Positions 56,238 to 64,000 of a DNA stretch of 64,000 nucleotides are shown here, piece by piece (the stretch's first letter is position 1; the number at the start of each line of letters is the position of its first letter). The notes beneath the pieces were generated by a model. The model was not told where the DNA came from. It made no database searches and saw only the letters and a list, made by a program, of their open reading frames with translations. Origin of the DNA: Candidatus Aenigmatarchaeota archaeon (GTDB taxonomy: Archaea; Aenigmatarchaeota; Aenigmatarchaeia; GW2011-AR5); the NCBI GenBank assembly GCA_016184005.1, contig JACPDL010000003.1, forward strand, positions 17,839 through 81,838, given 5' to 3'. Position numbers and translations under genes: made by a program.

Positions 56238-58088
56238 CTATCTCCAGGGCATAAATAAAGTTTTTTCACTGTGGCAATTCATCTTTTTCCGCGGAAGCGG
56301 CGACGGTCTTTTGTACCGGTAATGATATTTCCCGGGTTTTCGCTTGGACAGGATTATGCAAAATACGATAACAAAGATGACAGCCGTATCTACCAGTATA
56401 AGGTCAAACGGTATCCGCCCTTCAGGCACGTTTACTGCTGAAGGGGTTACTATGCTTATTTGTTCTGCAGAGGCATAGCTGAAAGGCATCGTGGCTATTA
56501 CATTTCTGACATAGTAACTGACATTTCTCTCTTCAAACGGCTTAAGGTCCAGGAAAGTATATTCTACCAGCGGGTCTTCTTCTATTATTCGCGGAGAAGT
56601 GCCGATGAAAACAACTTCGTCCGCGCGGGACGCTATATTCTTGTCTATTCTAACGGCAAGTGTAGCAGACTCCAAATGCTGTTCCTTGTTCTTGATGTTT
56701 ACACGAATATGTGTTTCGTTTTTAATTTCATCAACAAACGAGTTCCCAATGACGATGAAGTTTCTTTGCAATATCTGGTCCCTTGAATAAACACGGAGTA
56801 TAAAGAAGAGTTCCCTCAGAGCAGTGCCGTTGAAGAACCTTAGCCTTGCCTGGTAGTTTCCCGGGACAGCTGTTGGCGGCACGTCTAGAATCATCGTAAC
56901 AATTTTTTCTCCCTTTTGCTGTGCATCAAAGACAGGCTCCGGGATCGAAACCCAGTCAGAAATGCCGTCTACGGATGCTCTTATACCGCTTATATCATTG
57001 TCAGTCGGATTATACAAGACAATATTTTCTGCCTTTCTTTCCCCCTGAAATATTTCCACTAGTGCAGGTACAGTAACGAATTGCAGTGTTTCCGCAACTG
57101 GACGCGGGATCTGGGTTAGATTGGTTATATTCTGTACGGGTGCAGGTACAGATGCTCCGCCACTTCCTCCTCCGCCTCCGGAAGATGCGGATGTTGAAGT
57201 AGATTCAAGGATATTGAAAATCACTGTCTTGTTTGGAGTCAGAACCTCATTGCCGCCAGGATCTGTAAACAGGATCTGGCCAGTTGCATTATATTGCCCC
57301 GCAGCCGTGAAGCCAGCGCTCCATGTCATGATGTTGACCTGTACCTGCGTAGCTGTTTCGTTTGCTTTCAGTTCCTGTGCCACCCCGGTTTTGGAGAAGA
57401 CCAATGCCCCCTGCGAGTTGTATACAAAGAGCTTTGGCGTGATAGTCGAGTTTACAGTTCCCATATTCACTGCACTGTAGCTGAACGCAATTGAATTTCC
57501 CTGGAAAACCTGCGGATCAGAGGTGAAAGATGCCAATTTCACAAAACCTGCATATACGCCCTTCGAGCTTGATATGTCCGCAAAACCCGGTTTCGCAATG
57601 CTTACTTGTATTGTGTAGTCCCCTATATCCGAAAGATTGAAATTATTTGTATAGTTTCCTGCCGCGGTTTCAGTAAAGTTTATGGGTGTTTGCGAGCCAC
57701 CGGGGCCTACAATTGTTCCATTCACAACTGCTCCAGAAACAAGATTTCCAAGATTATCGCTGACTATGACAGACAATATCTGGCTGCCTGTATGTATCTG
57801 GTCTACGAAATCCAAACGTGCTGAGGTAGCATTGCTTGGTCGCAAAAGCGGCGGCGGTTCTAAGATGCCGAGCACTAAACGATACAAAGAGGAACTTGAG
57901 CTGTCAGCTGACAAAGCAGATTCGATAAACGCCTTGTAGCTTGTTGAGTTTCCTGAATCCGCATAGGCACTGGTATCCACAATGAGCCTGTAGTTAGCCG
58001 AGTCGCCAGAGTCTGCATAAGAAACAGAAAACAACACTGTCAAGCAAACAGCAATTATAATGTACAGAATCTTCATGCATACCATCAC
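56238..58088 (-). CDS. Secreted, membrane-anchored Ig/CARDB-like surface protein
   Basis: Signal peptide, SGGGGG linker, C-terminal TM plus basic tail. Confidence 0.75.
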   Translation of the reverse strand: MMVCMKILYIIIAVCLTVLFSVSYADSGDSANYRLIVDTSAYADSGNSTSYKAFIESALSADSSSSSLYRLVLGILEPPPLLRPSNATSARLDFVDQIHTGSQILSVIVSDNLGNLVSGAVVNGTIVGPGGSQTPINFTETAAGNYTNNFNLSDIGDYTIQVSIAKPGFADISSSKGVYAGFVKLASFTSDPQVFQGNSIAFSYSAVNMGTVNSTITPKLFVYNSQGALVFSKTGVAQELKANETATQVQVNIMTWSAGFTAAGQYNATGQILFTDPGGNEVLTPNKTVIFNILESTSTSASSGGGGGSGGASVPAPVQNITNLTQIPRPVAETLQFVTVPALVEIFQGERKAENIVLYNPTDNDISGIRASVDGISDWVSIPEPVFDAQQKGEKIVTMILDVPPTAVPGNYQARLRFFNGTALRELFFILRVYSRDQILQRNFIVIGNSFVDEIKNETHIRVNIKNKEQHLESATLAVRIDKNIASRADEVVFIGTSPRIIEEDPLVEYTFLDLKPFEERNVSYYVRNVIATMPFSYASAEQISIVTPSAVNVPEGRIPFDLILVDTAVIFVIVFCIILSKRKPGKYHYRYKRPSPLPRKKMNCHSEKTLFMPWR

Positions 58089-59932
58089 ACATCGGCACCG
58101 AACACAGTTATTTCTGTGTTTCCGAGCAGATTAGCTCCACCAGCGCCGCCAAACAGGTTAATCATTGTTATGTTTGCTGTTCTGTTAACCCATATTCCCC
58201 GGGCAATTTGTATTGTTGGGGCGGTTGCCGCACTGTCTGTACCGGACAGCCCGTCTATCATAACCCTTTTTACCGTGCTGTTAAGCGCATTAAAAACATG
58301 AACCACAAGACTTCTCTGCGTTGTCACTGCTGTTTCAGATACAGGAATGCCGGTCGTGCTGCTTACGGTTGTTTTGGGATTGGTTAATCCGTCTGACGCA
58401 GAACCGGCGTAGTTGGCCTGTCCGTCGTCGCTGAAGGCTATCCTTGCTATATCATCGTCCGAATAGCCTGTTATGTTGATATAGATAATAAGGAATTTTT
58501 TGGATCTGGACAGCGTGACATTTACCCAGCGTTGACTCACGGTAGTTTTGTTGTATCCCAGAAATTCAAGCGACTGGCGGTTTGTTTGTGCATCCGAGCC
58601 GCAACTAACTATGCCGGCCGAGTTCGTGTCAAGCGTGTCGCAGCCGGGCAGGTTTGGTATACGTATGCCGGCAAACGTCGCATTGCCTGTTATATTGACA
58701 GAAGCAACTGTGCCGCCGCCGGATTCCCAGACGGTTATGTTTGCATCCGTATCCGCCCTTACAAGCAGGCGGGACGCATTGATAGCGCCTGTTACATTCA
58801 CGCTGCCTGTTATTACTGTGTTGAATGCTGCAGCCGCATTCCGGGAGCCTATCAACACGGAAATTCCTGCTGTGTCGTTGTATACTGCACTTGCTGATGT
58901 TGTCCAGCCCGAATCTGTTGTATCCTGATCTGCAGCGCAGGAAACAAACAAGCCGGAGTTATTTAACGTGACATTAACGGCTTTGCTGCCTCCGCTGCAC
59001 TGGCCTGATCCTGCCAGATTTGAAATATTGGTTATTGGCAGACTCTCTATACTCAATCTTGATTGAGGAAAAGAGCCTGTTGTGTTCGCTATTGGCAGTG
59101 TTATGCTTAATTTCGACTGATCCAGAGACTGAATCATTGCCGACGTTATTATATTGTTTGGGAAAAGCAATACGCCGCCAGTAATTAACTGCAGCACTGA
59201 AGCGCTGACGTAGCCTGTCGCATTGACATTGATGAAATTTCCGTTGCGCCAGCGAAGGAATTGCAAGCCAAGATCATAAGAACTATCTGCGTTGGGCAAA
59301 AAGTCGCCGAGTGCACGCGCCCCGCTTTTTGCGAAGTTTGTCTGGTTTGCCGTAAACGTATAAGGCACGCTTCCTAATTCAAAGCGCGGGGATACTGTCT
59401 CATTATTTACTGCAATCTCAAGGAATGATCCATCATCAAAAGTGACATTAATAGGGGTGTTGTTTCCTAGCAGAGCTGAAAAAAGTCCTGTACTGACTGT
59501 AAGATTTTCCTGCAGTTCGCTCCATTGTATACTTCCGCCTGTTTTCGCGTTATAGATCATGAAAGTGAAATTTGTGCTTGCATTGATGGCGGTATCATTC
59601 AGAGATGTAAGCCTGCCGTTGATGGGTATTTTATTTGGTATTGCATAAGCAGGCAAAACAACGGCTGAAAGAAATGTAAAAATCAGAACGAGCGCAAAGG
59701 CTTTTTTAATTACGAACAATTTTGCCATTCCTATGCGGCGGTGAATGACCTTTTTTTCAGCCTCCAGCACGGCGAGATACTTGGACGCTGTTGTATAATG
59801 CATCCCGAGATCTCTGGAAATCTCGGAAATAGTGAGGCCGCCGCTTTTTTCTATAAGCTTCAGGATCCTGCTGCGTATGTCCAGTGCCCGTAGTTCCTCT
59901 GTTTCATTAACAAGACTACTCTTTTTTGCCAT
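58085..59932 (-). CDS. Winged-HTH fused to a signal/TM helix and a tail-fibre/adhesin-like extracellular region
   Basis: ArsR-like HTH (aa ~15-73), hydrophobic helix ending PAYA, then NGRLT..F.IY...GG...W.E...GLFS..LG...PY. Confidence 0.75.
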   Translation of the reverse strand: MAKKSSLVNETEELRALDIRSRILKLIEKSGGLTISEISRDLGMHYTTASKYLAVLEAEKKVIHRRIGMAKLFVIKKAFALVLIFTFLSAVVLPAYAIPNKIPINGRLTSLNDTAINASTNFTFMIYNAKTGGSIQWSELQENLTVSTGLFSALLGNNTPINVTFDDGSFLEIAVNNETVSPRFELGSVPYTFTANQTNFAKSGARALGDFLPNADSSYDLGLQFLRWRNGNFINVNATGYVSASVLQLITGGVLLFPNNIITSAMIQSLDQSKLSITLPIANTTGSFPQSRLSIESLPITNISNLAGSGQCSGGSKAVNVTLNNSGLFVSCAADQDTTDSGWTTSASAVYNDTAGISVLIGSRNAAAAFNTVITGSVNVTGAINASRLLVRADTDANITVWESGGGTVASVNITGNATFAGIRIPNLPGCDTLDTNSAGIVSCGSDAQTNRQSLEFLGYNKTTVSQRWVNVTLSRSKKFLIIYINITGYSDDDIARIAFSDDGQANYAGSASDGLTNPKTTVSSTTGIPVSETAVTTQRSLVVHVFNALNSTVKRVMIDGLSGTDSAATAPTIQIARGIWVNRTANITMINLFGGAGGANLLGNTEITVFGADV

Positions 59933-60111
59933 TAGCTCAACCTAAACTCTTGATTTCCTTTCTAGCTCTGATGGATGATTGTATTAACTGATCATATTCA
60001 TATACTGTATTAATAGATAAGATTATTAGTGAACATTATCGGCTCTGTTCTTAAATTTTTCTATTGCAGAGGATAGAGTCTTTGGCAGGACAGAACACGC
60101 AGAATTCACAA

Positions 60112-60750
60112 TCATGAGCACTTTGTTATCTTCCTGAGAAGGGACCTGTTTTCCAGTCTTATTGCCTTTCCGATTTTCTGCACAGGTTCCGGATAAACTG
60201 TAAATTTCCCGTCAACTTCTTCATCAAGATCTGTGTCGAAATACGCCTCGAAACTTTCATTTGACCCTTTTTTGACTAGTTTCCTGACTATGCTAGCAAG
60301 CCCCCCGTGTTTAGATGTGTCAAGAAGGTATTCTACGCTATAGTAATGATCTTCCACATCAAGGTTCTGCAGAATTACAGTATAATTATAGAATGCCCCC
60401 AGTTGATTGTTCCAGCCTTCTTCTAAATATGAGCTGACTGCATTGTATTTGGGATAATATGCATAGAGTGTCTCAACCTCATACGGCACTTCTGTAAGGT
60501 ATTCTTCTTCCACTTCACGGCAATTTTCCGCGGCTGTTATCTTGCCAGTCGGAATGCCTGAAAAAATTAGCGATACAGTTATTACAAGCAACAGAGCAAC
60601 CGGAATAAGCAAAGCCTTGTTTTCTATATGCAAACCTTTTCCAATCTCATGCGGATATACATCTTCGCCATCGACAAGTTCCCTGCCGCAATATCTGCAT
60701 CTTTCATCATTAGTAAAATATTTTACATCGCACTTTTTGCAATACCGCAT
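60112..60750 (-). CDS. Zn-ribbon plus TM protein
   Basis: CKKC...CRYCG, one TM. Confidence 0.75.
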   Translation of the reverse strand: MRYCKKCDVKYFTNDERCRYCGRELVDGEDVYPHEIGKGLHIENKALLIPVALLLVITVSLIFSGIPTGKITAAENCREVEEEYLTEVPYEVETLYAYYPKYNAVSSYLEEGWNNQLGAFYNYTVILQNLDVEDHYYSVEYLLDTSKHGGLASIVRKLVKKGSNESFEAYFDTDLDEEVDGKFTVYPEPVQKIGKAIRLENRSLLRKITKCS

Positions 60751-60805
60751 TCTATTAATTACAACGGGTGATATTTATTAGTTGTTTAACCGATTTTCTG
60801 CAAAT

Positions 60806-63151
60806 CTAACTGTCTGGTCTGAGAAAAGGATTGCTCACATTTTCTTCTTTCTTATGCCTGCCTTTCAGTTTGCCGATCATAATAATCAGGAAAACCACGC
60901 CGGCAATAATAATTACAAGGCCAAGCATGTCAGAGCTCGCCTGAGCTGGCGTTTGTGGCGGAGCCTGTACAGGTATCTGCTTTTCCTCTGGCTGCGGCTC
61001 TTCAGGAGGTTTTGTAGATACAGACCCTCCGATAGCAAAGATTGAGAAGCCTGTTGTTTCAGCTACAAAGTGATATACATAGCTTGTCTCGTCAAGCCTT
61101 GCAGTGTAAGCTGGAGTCCAGGAAGTGCCGGCTAAGCGGTACAATTTTATTGAATCTACATCGATATTATTATCTTCTATCCATTTCTTGTCTACCCTGA
61201 ATTCTATTTTCACAAGCTGCATGTCTTCACTCACAAAATTTATAGGTTTTATGTTGAAGGCCTTGTAAACGACGGGTCCTTCAGGAAGGCTTGTTATGGT
61301 TGTTATCTCTGACGTGTCTAACGATAAAGTTGTCCCACTTGATACTGTCTTCCTGTTTGTAAAGTCGACGAAGACCCTGAATATATCGAAATTGGCATAT
61401 GATACTGTAATGTTTTCTAATGTTTTTGACGAAGAACCCCCACCACCAGAGCTTCCACCACCACCGCCACCTGAACCACCTCCGCCTCCTGAAACTATTG
61501 GTGTCTGACAGACACCGCAATCTGTGGAGCATAGCGAGCAGCTTTCCAGGCTGCTGCAGAAGTTATCGCCGCAATAGCTGCCATCCTGAACAGAATACTC
61601 GGTGAAATGCGGCACTGTAAACGTCAGGTTCCCGCCTATGAAACTTATTATTCTGCAATCCGGACAAGTAAAGTTGTTCCTGTATACCAAAGGATTTGCA
61701 ATTCCTGCAAGGACGAGGGTGACGGTTGCCGAAGTATTAAATGTTGCAAAAAGTTCTGAACGAACTATGACTCTATGAAGAGAAAATTCGATAGCCCTGC
61801 TTAGATTTACAGGAACCAGAATGCCGGAAATATTTTCAAGCAGGCTTATGGTTTTTGAGCCGAAATCCAGTTCACCTACGCCCCTGATGCCTATCTTGAA
61901 ATATGCGAAATCTGACAAATCAACATCTGAAAGATTCGTACTGAGATCAGGCGAGAAATTACCGGGAGGTATGGGACATCCATGTCTGCCCACGGCGTAT
62001 TGCGGCGGGGTGCTGGGACATCTGTCTAAACTGTCAGGAACACCATCACTGTCTGCGTCTGAAAAAACAACATTCACGCTTGCATTCAGTGCAGTTGTAC
62101 TGATGGCAGTGCCGTTGCTTGATGCGAGCAGTACTTGTGATAATCTTAAGTCAGACATGCCCTTATTGGTTGCTCTCAAATATACTGAAGCTATAGTGCC
62201 ACTGCCACTAGCGCCGCTACCTATTCTTACAACGGCAATGTTCTTTATAATACCAGGAGATGTTGAATCTGTTGTTTCAAGGAAGAGTGTTTGTACACCT
62301 CCCTGTTTCAGGAATGTGCCCTCCTGAGCCCTCTCGTATCGCAGCACTGCAGGATCGTAGCTTACGCTTGCCTGGATGCCTGCAAGGCCGCTTATGTTAT
62401 TTGCGACAATATCAACCCTTATTTCATTGCCCAGTAGCACAGACGGTGAAGACGGTTGAAGTGCAATAGAATTTGTGACAGTTACTGGAGCAGCCCCAAC
62501 AGAAATTGTTACTGATTTCGTTGTGCTGCTACCGGCACCTGTGCATGTGAGCGTGTACGTTCTGCTAGATGTCAAAGCCCCTGTGCTCTCGCTGCCTGAA
62601 AGCGGCTTTGCGCCTAACCAAGCACCGGATGCTGTGCAGGAGTTTACATTGGCTGCACTCCATGAAAGCGTTGCTGCACTGTTGTAAGCTACTGATGATG
62701 GACTTGCTGCAAAATTTAACGTTGGCATCAAAGGATTTACCGAACCCGTGAAGCTTACATTACCGCTGTTGATGATATAACCCGCGGTACTCGTATGGAC
62801 AAAGCGCAGCGAATTGGTTCCTTGTCGCCACCAGTTTGCATTGGTGGTGAAGGTCATTGATTTATTGAGGTTATCGTTTGCAGTTGTACCTTGTGCACCG
62901 AATAGTTGGACAGGTCCGTTACCGTTTATGTAAAGCAGGCCTTCATTAGGGAAGTCTGGATCAAAGACAGACATGGTAAGAATGGCATTCTGGAAGATCT
63001 GTGGATCAATAACGACGGTCTCCGTGACTGTTTTTTCTTCTGGAAGGGTTGTTCCTAGTAGCGAAACCGGAGCGAAAGCGAAAGCCAGCGGTATTGTAAA
63101 CAGCATCAAGAGTGCGAATAGCATGATTTCTGCTAGAAGGTCTCTAGTCAT
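60806..63151 (-). CDS. PGF-pre-PGF surface protein with cohesin-like domain and TSP3 repeat
   Basis: YDPAVL...EG.FL, DADSDGVPD..DRCP.TP, F.VDKKWI...TTGFSIFAI, TM. Confidence 0.85.
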   Translation of the reverse strand: MTRDLLAEIMLFALLMLFTIPLAFAFAPVSLLGTTLPEEKTVTETVVIDPQIFQNAILTMSVFDPDFPNEGLLYINGNGPVQLFGAQGTTANDNLNKSMTFTTNANWWRQGTNSLRFVHTSTAGYIINSGNVSFTGSVNPLMPTLNFAASPSSVAYNSAATLSWSAANVNSCTASGAWLGAKPLSGSESTGALTSSRTYTLTCTGAGSSTTKSVTISVGAAPVTVTNSIALQPSSPSVLLGNEIRVDIVANNISGLAGIQASVSYDPAVLRYERAQEGTFLKQGGVQTLFLETTDSTSPGIIKNIAVVRIGSGASGSGTIASVYLRATNKGMSDLRLSQVLLASSNGTAISTTALNASVNVVFSDADSDGVPDSLDRCPSTPPQYAVGRHGCPIPPGNFSPDLSTNLSDVDLSDFAYFKIGIRGVGELDFGSKTISLLENISGILVPVNLSRAIEFSLHRVIVRSELFATFNTSATVTLVLAGIANPLVYRNNFTCPDCRIISFIGGNLTFTVPHFTEYSVQDGSYCGDNFCSSLESCSLCSTDCGVCQTPIVSGGGGGSGGGGGGSSGGGGSSSKTLENITVSYANFDIFRVFVDFTNRKTVSSGTTLSLDTSEITTITSLPEGPVVYKAFNIKPINFVSEDMQLVKIEFRVDKKWIEDNNIDVDSIKLYRLAGTSWTPAYTARLDETSYVYHFVAETTGFSIFAIGGSVSTKPPEEPQPEEKQIPVQAPPQTPAQASSDMLGLVIIIAGVVFLIIMIGKLKGRHKKEENVSNPFLRPDS

Positions 63152-63196
63152 TTTATATATTCATCCTGAGCCTTAAACTTAAAGTTTTTCTCCTAC

Positions 63197-63340
63197 TATC
63201 CGCAACATTGTTACATAAACAATGTTGGGATGACACCTTGCAGAACAAAGTTCTGCGAGGTCTCGAAGAGCTTTGCTCTTCGAGGATGCTCTCAGAATCC
63301 CACGATTGAAGTCGCGGGAGTATTAAGAGCATATCATTTA
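63197..63340 (+). repeat. Repeat family B copy 2 with a 51-nt twin-hairpin insert at 63236-63286
   Basis: Reverse complement of 3740-3862 apart from different inserts and a few substitutions. Confidence 0.88.
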
Positions 63341-63435
63341 CACTATGCCTGATGTAATCACTTCAAAATAATGATTTTTCCCTCAAAAGCCATTTTAAAG
63401 TATTGCCTGCAGTATCAATAACAGAGGTGACAACA

Positions 63436-63492
63436 ATGGCAAGGAGAAGAAAGAAAGCAGCATCAAAGAAAGCAGAAAAAGAGGAATGGTAA
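63436..63492 (+). CDS. Candidate micro-peptide MARRRKKAASKKAEKEEW
   Basis: GAGGTGA SD 5 nt before the ATG; TTTTAAA upstream; T-rich tract after the stop. Confidence 0.55.
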   Translation: MARRRKKAASKKAEKEEW

Positions 63493-63596
63493 GTTATATT
63501 TAGTCTTTTCCTTTTTTCCTTTTTATAGAGTTTCTGTACACCTGATTATTTATTTTTCGGGCAAAACCTTTTATCTTTCTAAAAGAAGTGTATACG

Positions 63597-64000
63597 ATGC
63601 TTTACGACGTAATCATAATAGGATCAGGATGTGCCGGTTATACAGGTGCCATATATACAAGCAGGAGTAACCTGAAAACGCTTGTTATTGCCGGCAACAA
63701 GCCCGGCGGCCAGCTCATGCTTACCAGCGACGTCGAGAATTACCCCGGATTTCCTGAAGGCGTTCTCGGCGGAGACCTCATGGACAGGATGCGCCAGCAG
63801 GCAGAACGCTTCGGCGCAGAAATAGTCTATGAAGATGCGGCAGAGGTTGACTTTAGCAGCAGCCCCTTCAAAGTTATCGCTGACAAAGAGTACGAAGCGA
63901 AAAGCGTGATAATCGCAACAGGCGCCTCTGCAAAGTGGCTCAACTTGCCATCAGAACAGCGCCTGATAGGCAGGGGTGTGGCGAACTGTGCTGTATGCGA
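63597..64000 (+). CDS. trxB: Thioredoxin reductase (partial, runs off the window)
   Basis: IIIGSGCAG, GGQL..TSDVENYPGF, ATGA, GVANCAVC. Confidence 0.93.
   Translation, partial: MLYDVIIIGSGCAGYTGAIYTSRSNLKTLVIAGNKPGGQLMLTSDVENYPGFPEGVLGGDLMDRMRQQAERFGAEIVYEDAAEVDFSSSPFKVIADKEYEAKSVIIATGASAKWLNLPSEQRLIGRGVANCAVC

Noticed and set aside
56238-63151. Prophage tail module
   Set aside because: No capsid, terminase, portal or integrase; proteins have signal peptides and membrane anchors typical of cell-surface proteins.

Overview
64 kb of an archaeal chromosome. The gene set and order (ftsZ, TrmB, gltX, Kae1, rps27ae-rps24e-spt4-rpoE', membrane PPase, class II RNR with NrdR, pyruvate dehydrogenase, PGF-pre-PGF surface proteins, many interspersed ORFans) suggest a DPANN lineage such as Aenigmarchaeota; this is an inference. 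I found no rRNA, tRNA, CRISPR array, transposase, integrase or reverse transcriptase. The main unexplained signal is a family of nested palindromic mini-elements. A ~54-nt twin-hairpin unit with 3-nt loops occurs about 13 times. Its stems covary between copies and its loops are sometimes reverse-complemented. It inserts into itself (54 to 108 nt), into other hairpin repeats (empty and filled alleles are both present) and in frame into protein genes. One host repeat family ends in an IS200/IS605-like hairpin. Other candidates: a DGR-like variable region in an ORFan, an array of GGAC-loop hairpins upstream of ftsZ, a direct-repeat-bounded cassette with a retron-effector-like gene, a structured nrdR-nrdJ spacer, uncalled micro-ORFs with strong SD motifs, and an HTH-adhesin fusion. 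All alignments were done by eye, so boundaries may be off by a few nt.
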